Source of the DNA: Bacteroidia bacterium
Lineage (GTDB): Bacteria > Bacteroidota > Bacteroidia > NS11-12g > UBA9320
DNA length: 64,000 nucleotides
Assembly (NCBI GenBank): GCA_965216465.1
Contig: CBDCFW010000006.1
Span: 288,001 to 352,000, forward strand
Reading direction: 5' to 3'
Part shown: positions 1-11,160 of the stretch, piece after piece
How the letters are laid out: each line of letters starts with the position of its first letter
Position numbering within the stretch: position 1 is the stretch's first letter
Made by a program: the position numbers and the translations under genes
Notes under the pieces: model-generated
Seen by the model: the letters and a program-made list of their open reading frames with translations, nothing else
Databases searched by the model: none
Told to the model about the DNA's origin: nothing

Positions 1-2
1 AA

Positions 3-2471
3 AACGGTGCACAAATTATTGACGTTAACATGGATGAAGGTATGCTCGACGGCAAAAAAGCCATGACACACTTTCTTAATTTGATTGCTTCTGAACCGGA
101 TATTTCAAAAGTCCCGGTAATGATTGATTCTAGTAAATGGGAAATCATCGAAGCAGGTTTAAAAGTGCTGCAAGGAAAAGGCATTGTAAATTCGATTAGC
201 CTTAAAGATGGTGAAGCCAAGTTTATCGAACGCGCAAAAACGATCAAACGCTTTGGGGCCGCCACCGTGGTAATGGCTTTTGATGAAGCTGGACAAGCGG
301 ATAACTTGCAAAAACGTATTGACATTTGTGCAAGAAGCTACAAGATTCTTACCGAGGTTGTGAATTTCCCGGCTCAAGACATCATCTTCGATCCCAACAT
401 TTTAACCGTTGCTACAGGAATTGAAGAACATAACAATTATGCGGTTGATTTTATAGAAGCAACAAGGTGGATCAAAGCCAACCTTCCGCAAGCCAAGGTT
501 AGTGGTGGTGTGAGCAATATTTCATTTAGCTTTAGAGGTAATAATGTTGTACGTGAAGCCATGCACTCTGCTTTTCTTTATCATGCCATTCGAGCTGGCT
601 TAGACATGGGAATCGTAAACGCTGGAATGATTGAAGTTTACGAAGAAATTCCAAAAGACTTGCTCGAGCGTATTGAAGATGTTCTTCTGAATAGAAGACC
701 CGACGCAACCGAAAGGCTGGTAGATTTTGCTGAATCGGTAAAAGGCGATGGCAAAAAAATAGTTCAAGATCTATCCTGGAGAGAACAACCGGTTGACGAA
801 AGATTGAAACATGCTCTTGTTAAAGGCATCACTGAGTATATTGATGAAGACACCGAAGAAGCTCGGCAACAATTCAACAAACCTTTAGAAGTAATTGAAG
901 GCCCCTTAATGTCAGGAATGAATGTGGTAGGTGACTTGTTTGGAAGCGGTAAGATGTTTTTACCTCAGGTTGTAAAAAGTGCACGGGTGATGAAAAAATC
1001 AGTGGCTTATTTACAACCGTACTTAGAAGCAGAGAAAACTGAAGGAGCTTCGCAGGGAAAAATATTGCTAGCGACTGTAAAAGGTGATGTTCATGATATC
1101 GGGAAAAACATTGTAGGCGTTGTGCTGGCCTGTAATAATTATGAAATTATTGATTTGGGTGTGATGGTTCCAACCCAAAATATCTTAGATCAGGCCTTAA
1201 AACATAAGGCAGATATTATCGGCTTAAGCGGACTAATTACCCCGAGCTTAGATGAGATGGTTGATGTAGCTACCGAAATGGAGAGACAAGGTTATTCTCT
1301 GCCAGTTCTAATTGGAGGAGCGACTACATCTCGAATTCACACTGCGGTAAAGATTGCTCCTAAGTACAGCGGTCCTGTGGTTCATGTTTTAGATGCATCT
1401 CGCTCAGTACCAGTTGCAGGTCAACTTCTCGGACAAAACAGAAATGAGTTTGCAGCTGCTATAAAGAAAGAATATCTGGAAGCACAGGAACAACACGCTG
1501 CGAGACAGCAAACAAAGCAGATCCTTCCATTTTCTGAAGCTATTAAGAATAGGACTACCCTAGATTGGGAAAATTATGTTCCTCCTACCCCATCAAAACC
1601 TGGAATTCATCTTTTTGAAGATATCGACTTAAACAAAATAATTCCTTTTATCGATTGGACCCCATTCTTTCAAACTTGGGAATTAAAAGGCCGATACCCC
1701 AACATACTTAAAGATCCTGTAGTTGGCAATGAAGCGACAAAACTCTTTAACGATGCCCAAGCAATGCTCCAAAACATTGCAGCGAATGAATTGCTAAAAG
1801 CAAAAGCCGTTGTTGGAATATTTGAAGCACATGAGAAAGATGGAGATGTAGTTCTTCCTCAAGAAAATGTAACTTTCAACTTCTTGCGTCAGCAACGAAA
1901 AATGGGAAATAACATTCCTAATCTTTCTTTAGCTGATTATATTCAGCCAATTGACCATAACAAGAAAGACTACATTGGTGCCTTTGCAGTTACGGCTGGT
2001 TTAGGTATCGAAACGTTGATTGAGCAATACGAAAAAGACCACGATGATTATAACATTATTATGGTTAAAGCTTTAGCTGATAGACTTGCAGAAGCTCTGG
2101 CTGAAAAAATGCATGCAAAAGTGCGAACTGAGTTGTGGGGTTATAACAAAGATGAGCTAAGCAATGACGAATTAATTAGAGAAAAATATCAAGGAATTCG
2201 TCCTGCAGCTGGATATCCCGCTTGCCCAGACCATACGGAGAAAGATAAAATTTGGAAACTTTTAGACGTTGAAACTTCAACCGGAATTTCACTGACTGAA
2301 AGCTACGCCATGTACCCAACCGCCTCGGTTTCTGGATTATACTTTAGTCATCCTGAAAGTAAATACTTCGCAGTTGGAAAGATTGAAGAAGATCAATTGA
2401 AAGTTTATTCAGAACGAAAAGGAGACTCATTAGAGGCCACTAAAAAGTGGTTATCTCCGAACCTTTTTTAA
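3..2471 (+). CDS. metH: Cobalamin-dependent methionine synthase (pterin-binding, B12-binding and activation domains), 5' end outside window
   Basis: Frame is open from base 3 ([16 protein letters not shown]). Motifs [11 protein letters not shown] (DxHxxG B12 ligand), [12 protein letters not shown] and [12 protein letters not shown]. Confidence 0.97.
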   Translation, partial: NGAQIIDVNMDEGMLDGKKAMTHFLNLIASEPDISKVPVMIDSSKWEIIEAGLKVLQGKGIVNSISLKDGEAKFIERAKTIKRFGAATVVMAFDEAGQADNLQKRIDICARSYKILTEVVNFPAQDIIFDPNILTVATGIEEHNNYAVDFIEATRWIKANLPQAKVSGGVSNISFSFRGNNVVREAMHSAFLYHAIRAGLDMGIVNAGMIEVYEEIPKDLLERIEDVLLNRRPDATERLVDFAESVKGDGKKIVQDLSWREQPVDERLKHALVKGITEYIDEDTEEARQQFNKPLEVIEGPLMSGMNVVGDLFGSGKMFLPQVVKSARVMKKSVAYLQPYLEAEKTEGASQGKILLATVKGDVHDIGKNIVGVVLACNNYEIIDLGVMVPTQNILDQALKHKADIIGLSGLITPSLDEMVDVATEMERQGYSLPVLIGGATTSRIHTAVKIAPKYSGPVVHVLDASRSVPVAGQLLGQNRNEFAAAIKKEYLEAQEQHAARQQTKQILPFSEAIKNRTTLDWENYVPPTPSKPGIHLFEDIDLNKIIPFIDWTPFFQTWELKGRYPNILKDPVVGNEATKLFNDAQAMLQNIAANELLKAKAVVGIFEAHEKDGDVVLPQENVTFNFLRQQRKMGNNIPNLSLADYIQPIDHNKKDYIGAFAVTAGLGIETLIEQYEKDHDDYNIIMVKALADRLAEALAEKMHAKVRTELWGYNKDELSNDELIREKYQGIRPAAGYPACPDHTEKDKIWKLLDVETSTGISLTESYAMYPTASVSGLYFSHPESKYFAVGKIEEDQLKVYSERKGDSLEATKKWLSPNLF

Positions 2472-2534
2472 TTTTTTAAAAAATTGATGCAACCCTTTTG
2501 ATTTTAGTCAGACTAATGACTAAAGATAAAAATT

Positions 2535-2930
2535 ATGAGAGGATTGAAATCAATTAAACTAGTAGTTCTTGGGCTAATTATAGCCTTAGGTATGACCAGT
2601 ATGAGTTCAGGAAGCTGGAGTCATTTAGGATCAAGAAAAGTAAATTATGGATTAGACCATGACCGAATTATGGTAACAGCCAAGGATGGCTATTTCACTA
2701 AACTAAAACTCAATGTTAATGGAAGTCTTACCCTTCACAAAGCTCGTGTTAACTTTCGAAATGGCACATCGCAATCATTAAATGTTGCTCATAATTTTAA
2801 TAAGGGAAGAGACAGCAGAGTACTTGACCTTAATGGAGGTAAAAGAATTATTCAATCTGTAGATTTTTGGTACGACACTAAAAATAGAGCAAGACACAAA
2901 GCTACAATACACTTATATGGAAGGCATTAG
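2535..2930 (+). CDS. Secreted DUF2541/YaaI-like protein
   Basis: Signal peptide, then WSHLGSRKVNYGLDHD...SRVLDLNGGKRIIQSVDFWY, typical of this family. Confidence 0.7.
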   Translation: MRGLKSIKLVVLGLIIALGMTSMSSGSWSHLGSRKVNYGLDHDRIMVTAKDGYFTKLKLNVNGSLTLHKARVNFRNGTSQSLNVAHNFNKGRDSRVLDLNGGKRIIQSVDFWYDTKNRARHKATIHLYGRH

Positions 2931-2966
2931 CCAATTGATGAAAATTACTGGCTATTAATTAAACCC

Positions 2967-3002
2967 AACATCCATTGTTCTACTTGCAATGGATGTTTTT
3001 TT
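2967..3002 (+). terminator. Rho-independent terminator
   Basis: AACATCCATTG-N9-CAATGGATGTT followed by a T-run. Confidence 0.8.
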
Positions 3003-3082
3003 ATAAGGATGAGTTATATCTATATCTACAAATCATTTATGATTAAACCATTTAGGAATGCATCTTTGCCTCAACGTAACTC

Positions 3083-4187
3083 ATGAATATTGGAATTATT
3101 TGTTATCCCACTTTTGGGGGAAGTGGTGTAATCGCAACAGAACTAGGCAAAGCTCTTGCCGATAAAGGTCATCAAGTTCATTTTATCTCATACGAGCAAC
3201 CTGTTCGCCTTGATGCATTTACCGAAAATCTGTTCTACCACGAAGTGCGATTCAACGATTATCCATTATTCAAATATCCTCCTTACGAAACAGCCTTAAC
3301 AAGCAAAATTGTTGACATCGTTAAATCTTGTAATTTGGATGTTCTTCATGTTCATTACGCCATCCCACATGCTGCGGCAGCAGTAATGGCCAAGTATATT
3401 CTAAAGAGAGAGGGTATTGACATTAAAATTGTTACTACACTGCATGGAACTGACATAACGTTAGTTGGCCGAGACAGTTCATATGAACCAGTTGTAAGTT
3501 ATTCGCTTCATGAAAGTGATGTGGTAACAGCAGTATCGGAGAGCTTAAAGCAAGATACGTATAAGCACTTCAGTTACAACGAAGAGATTCAAGTTGTTCC
3601 TAACTTCATCGACTTTAATCGTTTCAATAAGATGCCTAAAGACCACTTCAAACAAGTGATAGCACCGAACGGCGAAAAGATTCTTGTACATACGAGCAAC
3701 TTCAGAAAAGTGAAGCGTGTTCCCGATGTTGTTGAAGTCTATAAAAAGATCAAAGCTGAAAAAGATGTTAAGCTCATTTTAATTGGTGACGGCCCTGAGC
3801 GTATGCATGTTGAAGAGCAATGTAGAAACTGTGACGTTTGTCAGGATGTAACATTCCTAGGTAAACAAGAAGCCGTCGAAGAGATTCTATCAATTGCAGA
3901 TCTTTTTATTATTCCTTCAGAAACTGAAAGTTTTGGTTTAGCCGCACTTGAAGCTATGGCCTGTGAGGTTCCGGTAATCTCTACAAACACTGGAGGACTT
4001 CCTGAAGTAAATATTGATGGGGTCACTGGTTTTACCAGCGATGTTGGAGACATCGATAAAATGACACAAGATGCCATGCATATCCTGAAAGACGAAAATC
4101 TTGACCAGTTTAAAAAAACAGGCTAAAGAACATTCGTTGAAATACAAATTGAAGAATATTCTTCCTTTGTACGAGGCATTATACTAA
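3083..4187 (+). CDS. bshA: N-acetyl-alpha-D-glucosaminyl L-malate synthase (bacillithiol biosynthesis, GT4), frameshifted near the 3' end
   Basis: CYPTFGGSG, LHVHYAIPHA, TTLHGTDITLVG, SNFRKVKRV and ESFGLAALEAMA motifs. The ORF stops at 4126, but the expected tail (QAKEHSLKYKLKNILPLYEALY*) continues in the +1 frame after the A7 run at 4112-4118, to TAA at 4185-4187. Confidence 0.9.
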
Positions 4188-4215
4188 TGAGGCTTCATTA
4201 GTAGTTTATAATTAG

Positions 4216-4731
4216 GTGAGGTTTTTTATTCTTGGATATCTATGTTTACTTGGAGCTCTTTCTTGGGCTCAAGTTGATACAATTTCATCTACCTCTAGGA
4301 TAAAAGACAAGAAAACTGCAAAACTCTGCGAAAACCTTAAACTACCCTACTACCACGAGGCAAACCACGATCTTCTTCGCTTTATCAAAGAGTGGCAAGG
4401 AGTAAAATATTGCTATGGAGGAAGCACGAAAAAATGTACCGATTGTTCCGGATTTACTGATAATGTATACCTCGATGTATACAAAAAAACTTTGCCCAGA
4501 GTATCTCGAGACATCTACTCCAAGTGCATCCCAATAAGAAAGTATGCTTTATACGAAGGAGACTTGGTCTTCTTTGCTACCTCCGGTGATAATACTATAA
4601 GCCATGTTGGAATTTATTTATGGGATGGTTATTTTGTACACGCCTCAACAAGCAAAGGTGTTACAATTAGCAACCTAAGAAACTCCTATTACATGAAGAC
4701 TTTTGTGAGCGGTGGTGCTTGGATTGATTGA
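4216..4731 (+). CDS. NlpC/P60 (C40) cell-wall peptidase
   Basis: YCYGG...DCSGF, LPRVSRD, GDLVFF, HVGIYL and FVHAS catalytic motifs; signal peptide. Confidence 0.93.
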   Translation: MRFFILGYLCLLGALSWAQVDTISSTSRIKDKKTAKLCENLKLPYYHEANHDLLRFIKEWQGVKYCYGGSTKKCTDCSGFTDNVYLDVYKKTLPRVSRDIYSKCIPIRKYALYEGDLVFFATSGDNTISHVGIYLWDGYFVHASTSKGVTISNLRNSYYMKTFVSGGAWID

Positions 4732-4732
4732 G

Positions 4733-5281
4733 CTATTTTTCAATCGTAAAGGTAGCATCGGCATTTGCATCGAGTGCAAAACCCAGCTGCTCAAAATTGA
4801 GTTTTTCTGTAAAATTACCCGAAAAAACAATCTTTGAATCACTGCTCGAAATGATTGTAACGTTATTCCCGTTGTCATCTTTCAAAGAAATTTGACCATT
4901 TGATTCTGTCCAAGTACCAGTCGATGTACGCTTTTCGACAGGCATATCCTGTTGTTGAGTTTGAAAGCCTAAATCAATATCAACTGCTGCTGTGAATTGT
5001 AACTCTGTAGAGTATACATTGGGGTTTTCAGAAATTACTACCTCTCCGACAATGTTTTTACCGTTACCTGTAAATGAACCAACCTCTTGTCCTTGAAGCG
5101 TAAGTTTTCCATCACTCAAGTCAATTTTGGTATAATCCCATGTTCCAACAAATGCACTTGGCTTCTCCTCGTTTCCGTCTCCAACTTCTGTTTTATCTTT
5201 TTTAGTTGGAACCAAAGGCTTCTTGCAACTAAGGGTTCCAATTATCAAAAGGCTTAATGAGATGTAGACCAGTTTTTTCAT
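4733..5281 (-). CDS. Lipoprotein with lipocalin-like beta domain
   Basis: Lipobox LSC; FVGTW and GTWT motifs. Confidence 0.65.
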   Translation of the reverse strand: MKKLVYISLSLLIIGTLSCKKPLVPTKKDKTEVGDGNEEKPSAFVGTWDYTKIDLSDGKLTLQGQEVGSFTGNGKNIVGEVVISENPNVYSTELQFTAAVDIDLGFQTQQQDMPVEKRTSTGTWTESNGQISLKDDNGNNVTIISSSDSKIVFSGNFTEKLNFEQLGFALDANADATFTIEK

Positions 5282-5309
5282 GATGTATAGACTTGCAAGA
5301 TACTATTTT

Positions 5310-6032
5310 TTATGCATTCCATATGTTCCAGCTTCGATCAGCTTGAATTTGAAGCATTTTTAACCCATTTATGACTTTTGCACCTCTTTCTTTGGCCCTT
5401 TTCATAAATACAGTCTCTTCTGGATTGTAGATTAGATCAAAGCAAAAATGATTGTCAGTTATTCCTGAAAAAGGGATGTCAACACAACCATCAATATTAG
5501 GGTGCATACCTAAAGGTGTAGTATTGATCAAAAGCTGATGATCTTCTATTAATTCTTTCGTAAGTTCACTGTAGGTCAGTCCTTTTTTTGAATCTCTTGA
5601 TACTAGCTCATACCTAATTCCAATCTTATTCAGACCAAATTTCACAGCGCGACTACTTCCTCCAGTACCAAATATTAGAGCTTTTGTACTTCTAGTTATG
5701 TGCTGTGATATACAGGCTATAAAACCCATAACATCGGTATTATATCCCAAGAGCTTGTCACCGACTACCTTCACCACATTAACTGCATTCATTTGAACTG
5801 CAGTTTGATTTATACCATCTAGATGCTTAATAATCTCTTGTTTATGTGGTATAGTGACATTAAATCCGCTTAGGTTATTCGATTGTACTACTTCTCTAAT
5901 TTTAGAAAGATCTTTAACTTCTATTGCATCATAATTAGCATCGGCAATATCATCATTTCTAAATTTTTCACTGTAATAAGAGGGTGAAAATGAATGTTGA
6001 ATTGGACTACCAATTACTGCAAAATTTCTCAT
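5310..6032 (-). CDS. aroE: Shikimate dehydrogenase
   Basis: HSFSP, GFNVTIPHK, GYNTD, GTGGSS, NTTPLGM, DLIYNP and NGLKML motifs. Confidence 0.95.
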   Translation of the reverse strand: MRNFAVIGSPIQHSFSPSYYSEKFRNDDIADANYDAIEVKDLSKIREVVQSNNLSGFNVTIPHKQEIIKHLDGINQTAVQMNAVNVVKVVGDKLLGYNTDVMGFIACISQHITRSTKALIFGTGGSSRAVKFGLNKIGIRYELVSRDSKKGLTYSELTKELIEDHQLLINTTPLGMHPNIDGCVDIPFSGITDNHFCFDLIYNPEETVFMKRAKERGAKVINGLKMLQIQADRSWNIWNA

Positions 6033-6985
6033 GATTGTTTTGGGCTGAAACGATCCATGAGATAAACCAATGTTCCTGCAACAACCATAATTACAATGGC
6101 TTGCACCAAATAAGGTTCATTACCGTACAACAGGTTATTTTGAAGTTCTGAAAAAGTATCTGGCATTACGCTTTGAGAAAACTTGATCACTTCTTCGCCC
6201 TTACTATTTGTTCTTGTTTCTAATACTTCTTGCCAAGGCCAAACCTTATTTAGTGAACCTATTAAAAATCCTGTGAGCAAGGCTAAAGTTTGATTAGGAA
6301 AGCGTTTAAATGTATAACTCAGCACACGGGCAAAACTGAAAAGGCCTACAACCAATCCAAGTCCAAAGACAGCAAGCAAAGTAAATTCTGGGCCAAATGG
6401 ATGGTCTAGAAATGCATCAATTGCTGGCATAATGATCGTATACATACCCATAAGAAGCAGAATAAAGCTACCAGACAATCCAGGCAACATCAATGCTGAT
6501 ACACCAACGACCCCTGCTACAAATACCATTATGAGATTCTCACTTCCTTGAGATGATCCTGCCACTGTAATCCAGTAAACCAGACCAGTGCCTATTATCA
6601 ATAATAAAATCTCGGTAAAACTCCATTTCTTTACTTGTTTGCCTACAACTGGAATTGAAATCAGGATCAACCCAAAGAAAAAGCTCCAAATGTGAATAGG
6701 ATGCGTTTCAAGCAACCGCACAACAACTTTCAAACCCACTACAAAACCAAGAACCATCCCTCCAAATAGTTTTACTAAAAAGGCACCATCAACTGCCTTG
6801 AAAACAGCCTTCACTCCTCCTTCTTTAAAGGTAGAGTACAAGCTTGGATTAAAAGACTTAATTGAATTAAGAAGTCGCTCGTAGATTCCTGTAATAAAAG
6901 CTATTGTTCCTCCTGAAACACCAGGAATAACTTCTGCTACTCCCATGGCTGCTCCTTTGAGTACGGTAAGAATACTGTTCTTCAT
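6029..6985 (-). CDS. DUF368 membrane protein (undecaprenyl-phosphate translocase family)
   Basis: IPGVSGGTIAFITGIY and LPGLSGSFILLLMGMY repeats, GSLNKVWPW; multi-TM. Confidence 0.9.
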   Translation of the reverse strand: MKNSILTVLKGAAMGVAEVIPGVSGGTIAFITGIYERLLNSIKSFNPSLYSTFKEGGVKAVFKAVDGAFLVKLFGGMVLGFVVGLKVVVRLLETHPIHIWSFFFGLILISIPVVGKQVKKWSFTEILLLIIGTGLVYWITVAGSSQGSENLIMVFVAGVVGVSALMLPGLSGSFILLLMGMYTIIMPAIDAFLDHPFGPEFTLLAVFGLGLVVGLFSFARVLSYTFKRFPNQTLALLTGFLIGSLNKVWPWQEVLETRTNSKGEEVIKFSQSVMPDTFSELQNNLLYGNEPYLVQAIVIMVVAGTLVYLMDRFSPKQS

Positions 6986-7042
6986 AAAAATTTGAACAAA
7001 TGTACTAACTCAAGCCAAGTATCGTTTTACCTTTGTCTAGAA

Positions 7043-7174
7043 ATGAAGAAATTCTTTGCCATAATATTATTAGGTGCCGCAATGGTTATGCTATTCGATA
7101 GCTGCAAAACAAAGCGATACCGCTATAAAGGCCCTTCTAAAAACTGCGACTGCCCAAACGGTCAATTTAATTAA
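7043..7174 (+). CDS. Small 43-aa lipoprotein with CDCP motif
   Basis: MKKFFAIILLGAAMVMLFDSC lipoprotein signal; TACCTTTG -7 box at 7028-7035. Confidence 0.7.
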   Translation: MKKFFAIILLGAAMVMLFDSCKTKRYRYKGPSKNCDCPNGQFN

Positions 7175-8291
7175 GCGAAACTTTTTTTGGCTTTGAAGAC
7201 GTGAAATGCCATCTGAGGTAATTTCCCATTACAACATCTGCACGGTTGTGGTCAATATTATATTGAACGCCTAATCTGTTTAAGAAAACAAGATTCTTTG
7301 CGATCTCAGCCTCATAGGCAATTCTAAACCCTGCAACCTTTCGATAGTTAAACGGATTTTGAGCATTTCTGTTTCCTTTAGAAAAATAAAGTTGCTCTCC
7401 TCTTGGTGCCTGAAACTGATGACCATCAAAGTACGTCAACGCAAACTGGTAGTCGTCATGTGTTAAACGAAGCACACCAAATTGGCCAAGCCCATCTTTA
7501 AATCCTGTAGCTAATATCCCACTTTGATCTTCATAGTAACATGCATGTCCTGAAATAAAAATATCCGTCTTATCATTAATGTAACGGGTATATTCTATGC
7601 CATAAGCAAAATTATACTCCATGGCATTCGGGAATATCGACTTGTCAATTTCTCCTGCTTGATGAACTGTAATCGCCTCTCCATTAATGCTTAGCTTATT
7701 CTTGTCATTGTTAATCGGATGAAGAGAACCATTAATTCCTGCGAAAAACACCTCATTAAAAGGGTCATTCTCATAAATCATAGTATGCCAATCAATCCAG
7801 GCATCATACTCTATGACCTTTCCTGGTTTTCTAATTTGAAGTCCTTGCTCAAAACGATCTGTCACGGCTAGTTCGTAGTCGTAAAGTGGCTCAATTAATT
7901 TGTGCTGAACGGTCCCATTAATACTTCCAAAAATGATATCGTGATCCCACAACTCATAAGTAAACTTGAAATAGGGTTCAATTTTTTTAATCTCTGGGTT
8001 ACCAAAATCGTAGCGAACATTTAATCCCGCATATAATTGTGCTATTTCGTTAAATGAATATTGCACATAAGGGGTCAGGTTGAAACCAATATAGGTCGAC
8101 CCTTTATCAACCAAAGAAGTATACTCCGTATTTCTAAAATAATTGAGGTTGTCGAAGTGAAATAGAATATGTGAAGAGTCTATTTTTTCTTCGTATTTGT
8201 CTAAATCAAAGAATGAATTATCTAGCTGACTGTACACATTTGTACACAAAAACAGAGCAAATACAAAAACGACTTTCTGCTTAAAAAACAT
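7167..8291 (-). CDS. Hypothetical outer-membrane beta-barrel protein
   Basis: Signal peptide and aromatic-rich amphipathic strands; 374 aa. Confidence 0.6.
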   Translation of the reverse strand: MFFKQKVVFVFALFLCTNVYSQLDNSFFDLDKYEEKIDSSHILFHFDNLNYFRNTEYTSLVDKGSTYIGFNLTPYVQYSFNEIAQLYAGLNVRYDFGNPEIKKIEPYFKFTYELWDHDIIFGSINGTVQHKLIEPLYDYELAVTDRFEQGLQIRKPGKVIEYDAWIDWHTMIYENDPFNEVFFAGINGSLHPINNDKNKLSINGEAITVHQAGEIDKSIFPNAMEYNFAYGIEYTRYINDKTDIFISGHACYYEDQSGILATGFKDGLGQFGVLRLTHDDYQFALTYFDGHQFQAPRGEQLYFSKGNRNAQNPFNYRKVAGFRIAYEAEIAKNLVFLNRLGVQYNIDHNRADVVMGNYLRWHFTSSKPKKVSLN

Positions 8292-8392
8292 AGTGAATCC
8301 GTAGAATTAGCTGCAAATAAGCAACTTTGTATTGATATTAGCACTACTTTGGTTCTATTGGCATACGATTTGGACATTATACAGAAAGCATC

Positions 8393-9187
8393 ATGAAGAC
8401 AGTAAAATACCTTGTCATATTATTAATCTTTTTTGGAGGGTCTGCATATACTCCAAAAACAGATGAGCATGCCCAACTTCGAACTTCTCCTAATAAGGCG
8501 TTTACTTATGGTGAAGAATTGAAGTACCGGGTTCACTATGGATGGATTAACGCGGCTAGCATAAAAATTAAAGTAGCAGACGAGCCTGTTTATATTAAAG
8601 GTCGTCCAACTTATAATATTACCGCATACGGTCGAACTTATCGATCCTTTGATTGGGCTTATAAAGTTCGAGATCATTTCGAAACATATCTGGACAGTCA
8701 GAGTGTGGCTCCATTAAAATATTACAAGAATGTTCAAGAAGATAGCTACAAAGACATCGATATGGTTTTCTACGATCACGAAAAGAAATGGATGACCGGA
8801 AAAAAGAAAAGCATGGAGATTCCTGCTTACCTCCAAGACATTGTCAGTGGTGTATTTTATGCCCGAACAATAGATTTTAATAAGGCTTACAAAGGACAGT
8901 CATTTCCTATTAGTATTTACCTTGACCAGGAAATCTACGATCTCAAATTTAAATACATTGGTAAAGAGACCATAAAGACAGATTTAGGAAAAGTAAAATG
9001 TATAAAACTGCGGCCTCAACTCGTTGTTGATAGAGTTTTTAAAGACGAAGACGACATGACGATTTGGGTAAGCGATGATGAAAACAAAATTCCAATACGC
9101 GTAAAAGCAGATATTTATGTTGGCTCAGTGAAAGTTGACATCGTGTCTCACAAAGGATTGAAAAATAAGTTCACGTCAAAATTGTAA
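8393..9187 (+). CDS. DUF3108 domain protein
   Basis: GEELKYRVHYG, YKVRDHFETY, IWVSDDENKIPIRV and VGSVKVD motifs. Confidence 0.85.
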   Translation: MKTVKYLVILLIFFGGSAYTPKTDEHAQLRTSPNKAFTYGEELKYRVHYGWINAASIKIKVADEPVYIKGRPTYNITAYGRTYRSFDWAYKVRDHFETYLDSQSVAPLKYYKNVQEDSYKDIDMVFYDHEKKWMTGKKKSMEIPAYLQDIVSGVFYARTIDFNKAYKGQSFPISIYLDQEIYDLKFKYIGKETIKTDLGKVKCIKLRPQLVVDRVFKDEDDMTIWVSDDENKIPIRVKADIYVGSVKVDIVSHKGLKNKFTSKL

Positions 9188-9218
9188 AATGTTGTAATAG
9201 GGTAATTGGGAAAAGTAT

Positions 9219-9244
9219 AAGGCGAGGTCAAACTCGCCTTTTTT
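9219..9244 (+). terminator. Rho-independent terminator
   Basis: AAGGCGAG-gtcaaa-CTCGCCTT followed by TTTT. Confidence 0.85.
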
Positions 9245-9282
9245 ATTGGCATCGTTTAAATATGATGTTACTTTGCCGTCCA

Positions 9283-11160
9283 ATGAACTACTTGAGCGGA
9301 GAAGAATTATCCAAAGATCTGGGCGAGAGAATCCTTTTTAAGGATCTTTCTATCAGCATAAATCGTGGAGATAAAATAGCTTTGGTTGCCAATAATGGAA
9401 CAGGTAAATCTTCTTTGCTTAAAATCTTAGCACAAGTAGAAGAACCTGACCATGGAATTGTGAGACTCCGTAAAGGTATTCGCATGGCTTATCTGAGCCA
9501 GGATCCACAATTCCCAAAAGCACATAATATTCAGGAACTTATTGACTTCAGTTCAACCCACACTTTAGCTATTGTAAGAGCCTATGAAGAGGCCTTGGAG
9601 CAGCAAAGCTTAGACTTCAACACAGAAACTCAACGCAAGCTCGAACAGGCCTCAGAAGCTATGGATGAAGCAGGTGCTTGGGATTTTGAACGCAAGCTTA
9701 AAGAGCTGCTTCAGCGGTTTAATATTACTGAATACAGTCAGCCAATTGAATCACTGAGTGGAGGTCAAAAGAAAAGATTGGCCATTGCTTTGTCGCTCAT
9801 ACAAAACCCCGATATCTTATTGTTAGATGAGCCCACCAATCATCTAGATCTTGAAATGATTGAATGGCTTGAAGGGTATTTAAGCAAGGCTAACATGAGC
9901 ATTCTAATGGTTTCTCATGATCGATACTTCCTCGATTCAGTTTGCAATACCATTGTCGAACTTCACAATGGGAACCTGCAGACTTATAATGGAAACTACG
10001 CTTATTTTCTTGAAAAGAAAGCCAAGCTCGAACTGGCTCAGAGTGTAGAAATAAATAAAGCTCAGCAGCTAATGAAGTCTGAGCTTGAATGGATGAGAAG
10101 AAGTCCAAAAGCTCGTACCACCAAATCGAAAAGCAGGATTCAGGCATTCTACGATACAGAAAAGAAAGCCAAGAGCGGAAAACACGAACAAGAATTGAGC
10201 TTATCGGTTAAAATGACCCGAATCGGCGGTAAGATTCTGGAGCTAAAAAAGCTATATAAGAGCTTTGGTGACAAAGCAATTTTAAAAGGATTTGACTACA
10301 CGTTTAAAAAAGGAGAACGCATTGGAATTGTAGGTAAAAATGGTTGCGGAAAGTCAACCTTTCTCAACCTCATCATGAATAAAGAACAGGTTGACAGCGG
10401 CAAAATAAATCGAGGAGACACCATCGTTTTTGGCTATTATTCACAGGATGGCATGCAATTTAAAGAGGGGAAGCGTGTGATTGAGGTATTAAAAGATGTT
10501 GCCGACGTAATAGAACTGGCGAACGGATCAAAAGTTACTGCCAGTCAATTGCTCAATCAGTTTCTGTTTCCACCAGCTATGCAGCACCAGTTTGTAAGCA
10601 AACTAAGCGGAGGAGAAAAAAGGAGATTGTTCTTATTAACGGTGCTAATGAAGAATCCTAATTTCCTGATTCTAGATGAGCCCACTAACGATCTTGACAT
10701 TTTAACTTTGAATAAGCTTGAATCCTTTCTACAAGACTTCGCCGGATGTATACTCTTAGTCTCTCATGATCGATACTTCCTCGATCGATTGGTAGACCAT
10801 CTTTTTGTATTTGAAGGAGAAGGGAAAATTAAAGATTTCAATGGCACCTATTCTGAATTTCGCAGCCTACAAGAAACCACAGAAAAAGAGATTAAGAAGC
10901 AGAATTCACCAAAACCAGCTAGTCGACCAAAAGCAGAAAAGGAAAAAACAAAGCTTAGCTTCAAGGAGAAATTTGAGTTTGAACAACTCGAAAAGGAAAT
11001 TGCAGAATTGGAAGAAGAAAAACAAAAGCTTGAAGAAGTACTTTCAAGTGGTTCTACCGATTACGAAGCACTTAGTGAAACCACCACTCGATTGGGCCAA
11101 GTAATGCAATCGATTAATGAAAAAACAGACCGCTGGCTCGAACTGAGTGAATTTGTTTAG
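9283..11160 (+). CDS. ABC-F family ATPase (Uup-like)
   Basis: Two ABC cassettes (GTGKS/LSGGQ/DEPTNH and GCGKS/LSGGE/DEPTND), no TM segments, coiled-coil C-terminus ending RWLEL. Start refined to ATG 9283. Confidence 0.92.
   Translation: MNYLSGEELSKDLGERILFKDLSISINRGDKIALVANNGTGKSSLLKILAQVEEPDHGIVRLRKGIRMAYLSQDPQFPKAHNIQELIDFSSTHTLAIVRAYEEALEQQSLDFNTETQRKLEQASEAMDEAGAWDFERKLKELLQRFNITEYSQPIESLSGGQKKRLAIALSLIQNPDILLLDEPTNHLDLEMIEWLEGYLSKANMSILMVSHDRYFLDSVCNTIVELHNGNLQTYNGNYAYFLEKKAKLELAQSVEINKAQQLMKSELEWMRRSPKARTTKSKSRIQAFYDTEKKAKSGKHEQELSLSVKMTRIGGKILELKKLYKSFGDKAILKGFDYTFKKGERIGIVGKNGCGKSTFLNLIMNKEQVDSGKINRGDTIVFGYYSQDGMQFKEGKRVIEVLKDVADVIELANGSKVTASQLLNQFLFPPAMQHQFVSKLSGGEKRRLFLLTVLMKNPNFLILDEPTNDLDILTLNKLESFLQDFAGCILLVSHDRYFLDRLVDHLFVFEGEGKIKDFNGTYSEFRSLQETTEKEIKKQNSPKPASRPKAEKEKTKLSFKEKFEFEQLEKEIAELEEEKQKLEEVLSSGSTDYEALSETTTRLGQVMQSINEKTDRWLELSEFV

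Noticed and set aside
4109-4119. Programmed -1 frameshift at TTTAAAA in bshA
   Set aside because: Restoring the C-terminus needs a +1 shift (one A fewer), not -1, and I saw no stimulatory structure.
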